Shown piece by piece: positions 1-12,282 of a DNA stretch of 64,000 nucleotides; within the stretch, counting starts at the first letter, position 1; every line of letters begins with the position of its first letter. The stretch is taken from NCBI RefSeq assembly GCF_009914755.1, contig NC_060926.1, one strand, 5' to 3'. The translations under genes were made by a program, and so were the position numbers. The DNA comes from the human T2T-CHM13v2.0 reference genome, Homo sapiens. The notes under the pieces are model-generated. The model saw only the letters and a list, made by a program, of their open reading frames with translations, was not told where the DNA came from and did not search any database.

Positions 1-87
1 ACTGTAAGTCCAATTAAACCTCTTTCTTTTGTAAATTGCCCAGTCTCAGGTATGTCTTTATCAGCAGAGTGAAAACAAACTAATACA
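1..87 (+). mobile_element. 3' end of THE1-type MaLR LTR (truncated by window edge)
   Basis: AATTAAACCTCTTTCTTTTGTAAATTGCCCAGTCTCAGGTATGTCTTTATCAGCA...CTAATACA matches the THE1 LTR terminus. Confidence 0.85.
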
Positions 88-199
88 TTTGTTTTCAAAA
101 AAAATCCCAGCTTTTGTAGTTGTTCTTAATAGGAAAACCAGTCTGTTAAAATTAGGTCCCAGTACTAAACGTGGGAACAATTTAAGTTTCAAAATCACC

Positions 200-430
200 T
201 TGTGATTGTAAATGGCTGCAAGTCTTCCAGCCAGTTTATGTCGAAGGCCTAAAGCAAGAGGAGGCATCAGATAATGGCCTTCTTTCCCTTTAAGGAGTCT
301 TCAAAGAAGTACTACACAATAAGCTGCTTACATCTCATTGGCCAAAATTTAATCATGGGGCCACACTGAGAAGAAGCAGAAGCCAAGAAATGTGGTCTTT
401 TCACTTAGTACACAGCAGTCCAGTTAAAAC
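200..430 (-). mobile_element. Old MLT1-type MaLR LTR fragment (MLT1J/K-like)
   Basis: AAATGGCTGC...GCTTACATCTCATTGGCCAAAA...AAATGTGGTCTTT motifs typical of antisense MLT1; boundaries approximate. Confidence 0.5.
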
Positions 431-984
431 CAGGCTGTGCTGCCAAGGGAAAACAGGAGAATGTATACTGGGGGTAAGCAACTAACACTCACCACCAAAA
501 GCAATGCTCTGAAAATAGTCTTTGTGGGAAATTTTGTAACTTGGGTTAGAAATAACTTAAGAGCTATAAGTATAAGGTTTTTTTGAGAGTGTGAGAGCAG
601 GTTACAATATAAAAATTTACTACATTTATTAAAAAATGATATAAATAATGTCTGATTAGTATAACACATACAAATGCATATCAGGGCAGAAGAAGAAAAG
701 ATGGCTTTTGGTATATGTGATTACAAATTTAAATGCCTATAACCATCAGGCTGATTATTAAAATGAGTGGAATGGGTGCAGGGTAGAAAATGCTGCGTTA
801 TTTGTGCTAGTGACTGGGCAGAGCTGAGTGGGGACCATTTTCCCTCAATGAGCAGGTGCTCCCCACTTTGCCACAATCTCTAAGGTCTCAGACCATTGAA
901 GCTGGGTCTTGATTTGACAATGGATGCAACTAATCGTGGCAGAACGAAGCCTGGACATTGAGCTGGTTTCTCAAAAAGCTATCT

Positions 985-1170
985 TTAGAGTGCTAGGAAT
1001 AGTGTCTAGATGCTGGCCTGCCACCTGCTTTCTAACATTGGGCATGCTGTTTAACCTCTTTGAGCCTCATTTTCTCTACCAGAAAGGCAGAAATAATCAT
1101 CATAGTAAAAACCTCACAGGATTGTGGTGAAGCTGAAATTAGAGGACAACACTCTTCCCAGCAGGCACCT
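985..1170 (+). mobile_element. MIR SINE fragment
   Basis: TTGGGCATGCTGTTTAACCTCTTTGAGCCTCATTTTCTC...CCTCACAGGATTGTGGTGA is the MIR core. Confidence 0.7.
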
Positions 1171-4100
1171 GCAGCAGGTCAACAGGAGATTTGTCCTTCC
1201 TGTGCTTGATTTCATGGATGGGACAACATGGCAGGGAGAGCCCAAACACCTCCTTTTGAGGGCACTTATTGTTCGGACAAGTGACTGTCACCTGTCAGGT
1301 GGTGCCAATCATATGCAGGCTTAGGGATGGCAAACCTGGTGGTCTGGGCCCTGATAAGTCCTCTTTGTTTTACCCTCCTGCTTATGACTCCTCTTGGCTG
1401 GTTCCCAAATCTTCAGTATTAGATTGGATAATCCCACTTTTAATAATGCTCAGGATATTTGCCTCCCTCGGGGGACTGCGATCACAGCAGTGGAGGGTAT
1501 TAAAATGGAGCTGAATGCCATGCGGAGCACTTACCCTTTAAGCTGTGTGTATGTGGGCACAGCGTTTTGCCTGTGTGCACACAAGGGATGTGTGTGTGTG
1601 TGTGTCTACGTGTGTGCATTCTCTTGGCCTTCTGAGACTTTTGTGTAAACAAAATATCACAATGAACACCCAGTTCATTTGCAATATTAAAACAAAGCAC
1701 TGCAAAATCAGTTTAAAACTCAGGTTTCCTCAATCAATAAGGTTATTAACTTCCAAATTCTGTGTTTTTATTTCTCCTAAATGGCATTAGCTCAGCCTTA
1801 CCCTTAAGGGTACAGTAACACCTCATGAGACCTCAGAAACACTAAGTTAATACATAGTTGAATTTATTCAAAGTTATTTGAATTGTACTTAGTATTTTTA
1901 AAAGTTTGCATAAACTGAGTAGTAATCAGGGACATGATTTGCTCCCACTTATAATAATATGTTTTGAGGGCCATGTTTTTTACCCCCTTGACCTGACTGT
2001 TCCAGTAATCAAGAGGCCACACTGAAAAATAATTGGTAGAGAACAGAGAAAAGAAATATACAGTTACTAATATACACCAGGGTTTAAGCTGACATGAAAT
2101 TTTATCTTAATTATCAGACAAATTTGTACTCCCACTATCTAATTCAATTTGCATGCATCGGTAGACACTTATTAAAGGTAATATTACATCTGTCATTTTA
2201 AGACTGGTGAGAATTTTATCATATGAGCTGCATAAAACAGCCACTCTATTATGTACAGAACTCTTTTGTACAGCTTAAAATAACCAGCATTGCATCCTAA
2301 TTAAGTATTTTTTGTAATTGTCTTCAGGGCAGTCATAGTCTTGTCCATTTTGTGTCCATCTTGTAAGTTATTTGGACACAGAATTGAAGTTTCAGGAATG
2401 TACTACTCCTCCCCTCTGCTTCCTGATTCGGAGTGAAAAATGAGAGCTTTACTAATAAAATGTAAACTGGAATAAAATGTTCAAATAAGGTTTTATGAGA
2501 AGCATGCAATACATAAACCCATCTTAGAATTCTCCACTGGATTTAGAATTCGGCTGTGTACAAATATATTAGGCTATCTGAGGCATTAGCAGTTGAATAT
2601 GTTGGGGTTATTTTTGAGATGAATTTATGAGATTTGCATGTTATAAAAAATGAATAGGTAAAGTGCTAATATAACATTATCAGTTCAGGGTAATAATGGC
2701 AGTTTCTGATCATAAAGCCCTAAAATGCCATTTGATGTTGATATGATACTTTTGAAACAGACCCCAATATAAGCTTACAGGTTTCTGCTTTGAGCTTCAG
2801 GACTCTGAGACACTCCAGATAAAAACCCACTTCCACAAAGCCCACCTGTGAATGTGCATTTTGTTCCCTTGTTACAGCCATCTTGCTTTCAGAACTATTT
2901 TGTCCCACCAGGGAAAGAAATGCCAAAAAAAAAAAAAAATGAATTGAGAAATGAAAATAACCATTGGCTTGAAAGGGAAAAGAGAAAGGAAACTCAAATG
3001 GGGTGGATGTGCCCAGACAGGGGCTGCCAGTGCAGGGCTCAGGAAAGGGTACAAAGTGAGGCTGGGAAATCAATGGACAGCTGGGCCGTTGCTCTTCGGC
3101 TGCCTTCATTTTTTCTGGGGTCCTGGATGTTCCCAGAAATGGAAGAATCAAGGGTCGCTTCTTTGGACTTGCTCATCTCTGGGTCCGAAAGCACGTTTGA
3201 CATGGTCTCAAACGCCTTTTAGTCTCGGTAGCAGAATTTGTTTTTTCTTGTCCTGTCTTTAAAAAAAAGCAACCTTTGTGTGTGTCTGGGTAAGAGCTCT
3301 GCAGAGTTCAAACCAGATGTCTCCCACTCACGACACTGGTGAAGCATTCAGTTGGTCACAACTGCCTTCTTACACAGGAACTTTTCAAAAACTTAAGCCA
3401 AAGCATTTAACATAGGATTTTATTATTATTATTATTATTTTTACTGAGACAAAAACCCAATCTTTAACTGTTTATGAGAGATGAGCAATTTAACTTGGAC
3501 TATTAAAGTGTTTTTTCAACATTGTTTCATAATCAAGTCTCTGTAATAGGAAGCACTTAGTTTTGGAGGATGGTGCTTCTCATTTTAAACAATCTCAGAA
3601 TCGAAATATTCTTACACCACTTCAGTGCTTCTTTTCTCCAGCAACCATCCTGTTGCTGATTTTTTAACTCCCCAAATATGTCGCAGTGTGTCTTCCAGGT
3701 CTTGGAGGGGAGGGTGGGGAAGGAGAGATTTCATTCTCCCCTCCGTCCTACAGAAGCAGATGAATAATTCATGGAGCCACATGGAGGTCTTCTCTGAGAC
3801 TTCTCTGGAACACGTCTGAGCAGCCGAAGGACCAGGAAACTTACAAACAGTCACAGTGTGCTGTGTCAAAGAACAGTCAATCAATCTCCAAAGAAATGTG
3901 AAGAGAACAGGTTTTTCATGCCTGTGAGCTGGGAAGGAGCCAAATGTGTGTTGCCATTTGATGGTAGAATCAGTGTACACCTGTTCCGACCAGCTGTCAA
4001 CATAACCTGTATCAGAGGCATGTCTCACACCCGCTGGATCCTCACAGCGGGCCATGTCTGTATGACAGTCAGGACAGACAGCACAAGCAACTTGGGGATC

Positions 4101-5707
4101 AGGAGAGGAGGAGCTTGCAGAGCCATTGCAGGGACACAGATGTGTGAGGAGTGTGATAAAAGAAGGAAACATCTGAGGGAATAAGCTCAAACAAAACAGC
4201 AAATGTCATTTGCATTATATAATTATGGCCAACCATTGAGTCCTTTGTAATAACACTCGGTAGGCCGATGTTAAACCTACAGTGAGTGATAAAAAGGCCT
4301 CAGCTTGAAAAAAGGTCAGCGTGAATTAGTATATATTTGCTGATTAATTCAGAGTGTGCCTCCATAAATTTTATAGTCCAGGGGCCCAGCCTGGTTTGAG
4401 ACAGCCTCCTATGAAATTCAAATGTGTGTCATTCAGCACAGACTATCATTGCAACCTGGCATTGTGCTTTATGGAAAACTCTATCTAGCAAACATGTAAA
4501 CATACAGGCCTGTGATGAAGTATAGAGATGGCTGTGTTTGTGAACATGTAGATTCCAAAGAGCAAGATATTCACAGGCATAGACAATAAAGAGGCCAGCT
4601 GTGTTAACTCTCTGATCACACATAGAAAACAAGACATGTGACTGTGGACAGCACACACCACCTGACTGCACGTCTGAGATGACAGGACTGCTGGAGAGAT
4701 TCTTGCCTTTTTACCAAAACCTCAGTAATCAGGACTGCTAGTGGGAATGTCAGTCTTCTATGATGCTGTTTAGTTGATGCGCAAAGGGAAAAAGTAACTG
4801 TTTGGGGAGGTTTAGATAAAAATGCATATGACAAAAATGTTTAGCCTAAGAGGGGATTGGCCTTCAACTGCTTGGAAGATTGGAAATATAGATTTCACTT
4901 TAAGATGGAATTCACCTTAATGAACATCTACTATGTGCAAGTTGACTTGTCAACTTCAATTCTCACAACTGCTCCATGAAATATCAATTATCTTGTCCAT
5001 AAAACAACGCTCCCAGAATGGCACAGTTTCCAAATGATGCTGTTGGGATGTGACCGTAAGTTTGAATACTTCCAAAAGCCCTGGCTTCCCACTTTACCTT
5101 TATTGTCTCTCTTTGCAATTGCTCACTACACACTTGTTGAACTTATTTGCTAAATCTTTTGCCAGATGTTCTGAGTTGGGGACCTGCATGCAGGGCATAG
5201 ATACTGACAGATTTCAAACACTTACTAGTTTATTTCAACCCAGCCCCTTCCCCAACAAGTTTGGAACTGCAGCTGGCAGCTCCATCCCATGTGCATTACC
5301 TCAATTCAAGGACCTTTTCTCCTGCCTCCAAACTTGGATTTCCCATTTGCTTCTACGTAGTGGCTTTTCTTTATATGAAAAATGAAGACCACTACTCTAA
5401 AACTCTGACTGAGTTCTTCTGTTGAGGAGTCAACAGTCTTCAAACAATGGACCAAGCAGCTAGTTCTTTAAAACTGGTGAATTTGTTGGTTTCTTTGTCC
5501 AACAGAGCCCCTCTCCACAATTAGAGAGGTTTGCTAACACTTTGGAATAGGATAAAGTGGGAGAGGATGGGGGTGCATTCACCCACTGACTCCAGTACCT
5601 CATTGGTTGAGGGCGACTCCGCAGTGTGCTAACCCTCTCACCCTCTCACCCTCAGAGCTACTCCTGCACTCAGCCATCACCCTGCTGGGAACACCCAACT
5701 GAAGCCT

Positions 5708-5785
5708 CCAGTTAAGTCATGGAGGCCAGTTAAGTCACAGAGGCCAAGTTAAGTCATGGAGGCCAGTTAAGTCATGGAGGCCAAG
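5708..5785. repeat. Minisatellite, 4 copies of an 18-19 bp unit CCAGTTAAGTCATGGAGG
   Basis: Units start at 5708, 5726, 5744 and 5763. Confidence 0.95.
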
Positions 5786-5969
5786 AAGAATGATGTGTGG
5801 TATGCATAGCACATGCTACACCCTAGGAGACTAGAAAAAGATGAATGCAGAGAGTGAACATGAGTTAGAATCCAAGAAGAGTTCCAAATATCAGGGAAGC
5901 AAAATCCAATATAGATTTAAAGGAGCAGATTGAAGTCCAACGGCCCTTATGGATCTTGACCCAGGGTAA

Positions 5970-6420
5970 TGCTGGCCTTGTTTCTCTGTCAGGATTCAGC
6001 TCAGGAAACAGAAACCTTCAGAGGATTTTGGATGGAAAAAATTTAACACCATGGAGTTATTGCTTGCAAAATATTTAGAAGGGCTGAGAGGAGCATATGT
6101 CAGGAACCACCACAAAACTAGCAGTTTCAAGGTCACACCACCCTGGCTGTGGTCCAGAGGTCGGGGAGCCAGTGCACTATTGCTGCCACTAAGTCTACCT
6201 CTCACTGCAGTGGCACTGCTGTGAGATGCTGGAATGCAGAATCAGGCCGCTACATATTCTCATCTCTGCCCAGCCTTCCTTGCCAGCAGCCATGATGGCC
6301 ACTGGCTGGCGTCTTCCAAATCCCCCACAAATGCATTAGATTAGCAGAACCTAATTTGCATCCAGAATCCTAGCTGCCAGGGTTTCTGGGCAATGTAGAC
6401 TTTAGTTTTCTAACTTTTCC
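5970..6420 (-). mobile_element. Old ERVL/MaLR-type LTR remnant (LTR33-like, uncertain)
   Basis: CCTAGCTGCCAGGGTTTCTGGGCAATGTAG resembles an antisense LTR33/MLT1 end. Confidence 0.35.
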
Positions 6421-8180
6421 AAATAAAATGGAGAAAAAATGGAGGTTGAGAAAGCCAATTCCAGCATTTACTAGACCACGTACAAGCTGAGATTGGTACA
6501 GCTGTCTTGAAGTAGTTATATTGTGCTATAAGTGGAGCTGACCGAATTCCCACGAGAAACAGAGTAAGACCAAGATTTCTTTTTCCTCTATCTTGTGTTT
6601 ACAGTCTAATTGACCCATCAAGATAAATGAAGACTTGGAGATAGCAAGGATCACATTTCCAAATGAACCCCACCCTCATGGCTTCCAAGTTGAGACTGAC
6701 TCCCCTAGTTGCTTTCAAAAGGATAATAGGGCCCCTCCCCATCCTTTATCCAAGAAAGGTCTGAGCTCATCTTAGGCACTGTGTGTTTCTCTTCTGGCTT
6801 TGCTCATCAGAAGGTAGTCTCCTAAAAGTCAGGGACTGTTCCTACATTGTCTTTGAATGCCCTGCATAAGCACTGGGTGCCCAGCAGCTCCGTGAATGGA
6901 CATGGAATGGATGCAGCATTTCCTGCCTTGCCAGGTGTGTTGGGTTTTGCAGGAGTGCCATCCCTCACTCAGCCCATTCTGTCCAGCTACCAGCAGCATT
7001 CTTACATGGGTCAGAAGCTGGGCATCAGGCTGGGCTGAGACAGGACGACCATACAGACATGAAACGGTGGCCTCCCAAGCAGGCTGGAACCCACTGAGCT
7101 CCCATGCCTCCAGATCCACGGCAGGCAGGTTTCCAAGGAAGTTGGTGTAAAGCCATCCCTCTCAGCTAGGAGTACCCTGGTACTCAGAACATAGCAATGT
7201 GGTTTCCTTGGTACAAATTCCACTACATTTGAAAGTCAGGATTATCTATTATATCTGGGGAAACACCCAAGTCCCCACCAGCCTCTCCCTTCCCCATTCC
7301 AGCCTACTGTGACATTTACCCACAAAACCCATGTAAGGATCCCTTTGGCAACCACATCTTTAGGAAACTGACATTATAAGAAAAGCAGAACCAAGCCATA
7401 CATCCACCAGTTTTGTATAATTTGTTTCCAAATTACTGATCCAGTTTCATATCCATCTGTTTTATCCAAAGAAAATAAAACTACCAATTTAAAAATATAT
7501 AAAAAAATAAGATTTCTACCTGGTTCCAAGCCACCATGCCCAGTGATACGGTAAAATCCCTTTTAACTTTTCTCTCCTCCTCCTCCTCATCCTCCTTATC
7601 CTTCTTCCTTTTCTTTTCAGAAAAAAGAAAAAAGAGAGTGGTAAGAAAAAGTGAGTGTTAGGTTATCTCTACATTGTGTGGGAAGCTAAGCTGTTATCAA
7701 GTGAGACTGATGGAACCAAATAATACCATTTCATCCTGCAGACTCTTGTTACTCATTTTGGCTTGGGTTGGGTCTGAATTGTTTACGTAAAGGTATTCTA
7801 CACTCCTCTTCTTCTCTGCAAAAGCCAAAAGCAACCTATGTAAAGTTCTAGCCAGACCACCCACAGCCCAACCTCTGGTGATTTTCATGTCTGCCCCAGC
7901 TCCTTGGCCTGGCTTCTGCCATGCTGAGAATGACTATAGCACCTAAAAAGTAGAGGCTGACCAACTGGGCTCCAGAATCTAAGGAAGAGGAGCTTTGCCT
8001 ATTCTATGGACCTTCCAAAGGCAGACAACAGAAGATTAATCAGTAATACATGAAAAAACCTTCATTGCCTTATGGGGTACCTGAATTACACTATTTAAAT
8101 TTATCCCTTTGCATTTCAAAGTCTCCTTGTTTTTAAGGAATCCCTGTTATAATAAGATGGGATTTCAGAGTTCTCTACAA

Positions 8181-8354
8181 AGAAACATGCTTTCTAAGCA
8201 ACTACTGTTTTTCTTCTGTGTCAATGTCCATGTACACACAGAACATTCAGGTCAATTTACAGAGGTGTCTAGGTTGAAAATGAGGCCCCATGCATCACTG
8301 TAAGTAGAGAGAAACAGAGCCGGCCCATCAGCATGGCATGCATAATCCAGTAGC
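8181..8354. repeat. Copy 1 of a local 174-bp direct duplication
   Basis: Ungapped match to 12109-12282 (offset 3928); 22 mismatches by hand count. Confidence 0.95.
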
Positions 8355-10653
8355 CTTGAGTACTTCTTAGTTACTGATTGAAAAATAAATTCTAGCGTCT
8401 GGACAGATAGGCTGGCCAGAAAAGGAAAGGAAAGAAGAGGAAGGCAAAGATGGAAATTCATTGAGATGAGCTTTGCTCAATTTAGATCTTTGTTGAGAGT
8501 CATCTCTAGCAAAAGACTGTCCATGCTGGGTCACTGCGTATGGTTGTTCAGGCTGTCCTCTATTCAAGCGTGTCGGGTCAAGCCAACAAGTTGTGCTGAA
8601 ATCCAACTCTGTACTTTGTTTGCCCAGATACATTCATTGGTGGTAGGCTGCAATGGCACAGAAGGAGGGATCCTTTTTCCAATGCACTTGGAGGTGTCAT
8701 ATACCAGGCCCAGGCTAAGATGTGAGAATCTCCTTTGGATGCCTAGGTTGACACGTGGTCCTCAACATTAATCCTCACTAAATGGCACCTGTGGAATTGG
8801 GAGTGAATACTTGAAGACAGTCATCAAAAATAGGTTCTAATATATTTTTGCATGAGCTTGTTTAAGGTGGGCAGAGAATTATTTTGCTGGTTCTGTGGAT
8901 GGTGGATTATAGAATGGAACATGAAGCCAGAAATCTGTAAGAGGCAGAAGGAGATGAAGACAATGAAGATGACGAAGTCGATGAAGAGTATACAGTACAC
9001 TCACCTGTTGGTGCAAAGTGTTGGACAACACGACCTCTGCAGTACTTTCCAGATGTGGCTGCTGACCCCTCTGCGGGGTTGTCACATCCACTTTTAATTT
9101 GTTCTTGATGGCGGATGTAGATTTTACATCACCTAAAATGCACTGGAAGATCTATTCAGGGATGCAAACTCAACTGTATAAGAAGCCAAGTTCAGGCGCA
9201 CGAATTGGTCTCCTTAGAAGCAGCAGAAGTTTTTTGTTTTTTGTTTGTTTTAAAAAAAGAAACAAAGAAAAAACACAGTTTTTCTGATAAAATGGCTTCT
9301 TTAGCCTGAGTGAGGCAGAGATTCAGACAATAAAATAATGATTTAATAGCCTTAAAGTCAATCAACCGAATACAATAACATTAATTAGCCTTTTATGCCC
9401 AACTCACAACTAATTCTGTTGTCTGCTTATTTTTGTTCCAAAAGGATTACTAATGAAATATTTAATATTTCACCAGGTTGTGGATTCAGTTCCACACAGG
9501 CTGGTAATTTGCTCTTATATAGCTTGAAATTGTCCTCTCGATAATTTTGCCCCAGAGTGCATCTACCTCACAAGATCACTGACTGTGCCAGGGAAGGCTT
9601 CTCAGTCTTTGACAATTGGATAATAGCTTCACTTTTAGCCAGTAGAGGTAGTCAAGAGCCAGAAAGTACAGATAATGTGAGTATAATTCATTATTCAAAT
9701 CTGCAAGTGATGCACCGAAAACAAAGAGAGAAGAGGAATAATGGTGTCATTATTTTTATTACTCTTGTTGGGCAAACCTAGCATGAAACATTTAAAAAGA
9801 CGGAGGTGAGCTTTCTGGCTATACGGTGACAAATTAACTTTCGGAGCAATATTGATAAGGGGAAAGTAAAGCAGACAGATTTTCTGTAGAAGGTTTGCTT
9901 TCTTATTAGTGGGCCCATTGGCTATTTTCTTGTTGCTGGGTGTTTATCAAAATTCCCATCATTTCTTCTCAGCCATTGACTGAGAAGGAAAGGAGTGTGG
10001 TTTCCTGAACTCCTATGAGTGGAGACAGAGGCTCTCCAGAGCCATGGTGCCTGGCATGAGTGATGAAGGCCAGGTGAGCAGGTATGAGGCCTTCAAGTCC
10101 TAGACAGCCTCTATGTGAACGAGGCTTTCTGGAGATGCTAATGGGAATGGGAGTACCATGGATTTGTTTTCTCTCACACCTATGAAGTCCCCACACCTTT
10201 AATCATTTTTTGAATATTTCTGTTTAGTAATTTCTATTTCTGGGTTCTTTCTACACCAAAATGTATTCATCACCACTCCACCAAGGGAAGTTTTTTAAGC
10301 TTTGTAAGAAAATTGGAGGTCTAGATGGGTACACTGGGGAGCAAGCTATGGGCTAGGATGATAGAACCAGGTGGGCAAGAGGAAAGAAGGCCCTCAGGGG
10401 AGTGGGCTTTTTAAAAATGAGGTGTGGGGTTGTCTGATTGCTGTGATTTCAGGGCCACTTAGAAGTGTTCTTATATCACTCTTCCACCTCCAATATGAGT
10501 TCATTCTCCAAGGTTCATGGTGCTTGGAACTCAACCATTATAGACTTTTTCCTTTGGGGCTCTCTCTACAGTGCTTTAAATAAGCAAATAACTCTGAGAA
10601 AGTAGTGAGTTAAACTACTGCTTGCTAAAGTGTTAGTGATGAGTCAACACAGC

Positions 10654-11102
10654 TGACATGGTTTAGGTCTGTGTCCCCACCCAAATCTCATGTCAAATTG
10701 TAATCCCCAGTGTTGGAAGCGGGGCCTGGTGGGAAATGATTGGATCATGAGGGTAGATTTCCCCCTTGCTGTTCTCATGATAGTGAGTGAGTTCTCATGA
10801 GATCTGGTGGTTTAAAAGTGTGTAATGCTTTCCCCTTCTGTCTCTTCCTCCTGCTCTGGCCTTCTGCCATGAGTGTAAGTTTCCTGAGGCCTCCCCAGCC
10901 ATGCTTCCTGTACAGCCTACAGAACCATGAGCCAATTAAACCTCTTTTCTTTGCCTTCTTCCATGAGTGTAAGTTTCCTGAGGCCTCCCCAGCCACGCTT
11001 CCTGTACAGCCTGCAGAACCATGAGCCAATTAAACCTCTTTTCTTTGTAAGTTACCTAGTCTCAGGTAATTATGTATAGCAATGTGCGAACAGGCTAATA
11101 CA
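10654..11102 (+). mobile_element. MSTA-type MaLR solo LTR with internal 94-bp tandem duplication
   Basis: TGACATGGTTT...CTAATACA termini; 5-bp TSD ACAGC at 10649-10653 and 11103-11107. Confidence 0.9.
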
Positions 11103-11479
11103 ACAGCTTTTCTCCCAACTGGAGGGGCAAACAGAGAGAGAGAGGAACTGTGTGACAGAGACATTTCAGAGATCTGGGAAGAATGGAAGATACACAGAAA
11201 GGGTGGGGAGGTGAGAGGAGAAAGGGAGAAAATGAAGTGTGAAAAGCTGTTTTTAATCACCTCAGCAATGAGAAAGCCAGCCAATCTGTGATTCATCCAG
11301 CCCCTCTAAAGTTGACTGTCCAGCTGATGCAGGGTCATAACATCAGCAGAGATGCAAATAAGCCTGTTCGAAATCTGATGAGGAGCTCACCAACTACTAC
11401 TGGAGAGGGCCTAATTTATGATAGAAAGCTAAGCTTATTAAGCCTTTGAGTAAGCCATAGACTCTTATTAGGGGGCCTG

Positions 11480-11730
11480 GGTTCAGGATAGTTCAGGAGC
11501 GTATGTGAGCTTAGGAAACCACTTTACATATCTAAACTTCTCAATTTTCGTCATCCACAAAATGGGCTTATCACACCAACCCTCACAGGAACCAAATCAT
11601 TCACTCATTTGTTCAGCCAATACGCATTGAGCGGTTCCTATGTGCCAAGCACTATCACAGGAACAGTGGATACTAAAAGAAAAACAAAAATCAGGCAAAC
11701 CTCCTCTCGTCATGAAGATTACTTTCTAGT
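11480..11730. mobile_element. MIR fragment followed by antisense L2 3' fragment
   Basis: CTCAATTTTCGTCATCCACAAAATGGG (MIR); TCATTCACTCATTTGTTCAGCCAATACGCATTGAGCGGTTCCTATGTGCCAAGCACT (L2 tail). Confidence 0.6.
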
Positions 11731-12108
11731 GACAATGTTTTTGAAAGGAGTTTATGAGTAGTTAGGTGCTGCAAAAAAGGAAGATTGTATTATTTTGTGG
11801 AACCAGAAACCATCTCTCTTTTGATTCTAGTTTTGTGTTCTGGGGTAGCACAGAGTGTCAACCTCCTGTACAGAACTGCTTTATTCAAGTATTTGAAGAT
11901 AACTTTCACACATACCCTAGCTTTTGCCTCTTTGTACCAAACACCCCTGGTTTCTTCCATTGTTGTTCCTGGGGCTCACTTTGCAGACCCTCCCCTTCCT
12001 GGCTGCACTTGCCATGTCCCTGAGAGGGTAGGGCCCTTGGGCAAAGCACAGGACTCCAGAACGTACCATGGCAGAGAGTACTGCCTGTACCGCAGGTCCC
12101 GGAGTAGA

Positions 12109-12282
12109 AGGAACGTGCTTGGTGAGCAACCACTGTTTTCCCTCTGCGTCAATGCCCATGTACACACAGAACATTCAGGTCAATTTACAGAGGTGTCTAG
12201 TTTGAAAATGAGACTCAAAGCATCACTGTGAGTAGAGAGAAGCAGAGCTGGCACATCAGCATGTAATGCATAATCCAGTGGC
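12109..12282. repeat. Copy 2 of the 174-bp direct duplication
   Basis: Matches 8181-8354; 45-nt identical core. Confidence 0.95.

Noticed and set aside
5708-5785. CRISPR-like array
   Set aside because: Head-to-tail tandem units with no spacers, in eukaryotic DNA
8245-8300. C/D-box snoRNA reading of the duplicated element (TGATGC...CTGA, minus strand)
   Set aside because: Imperfect C box, only about 55 nt, and no terminal stem
8940-9110. Acidic plus-strand peptide EGDEDNEDDEVDEE suggesting a processed pseudogene
   Set aside because: Short GAT/GAA low-complexity run with no recognisable parent, poly-A or TSD
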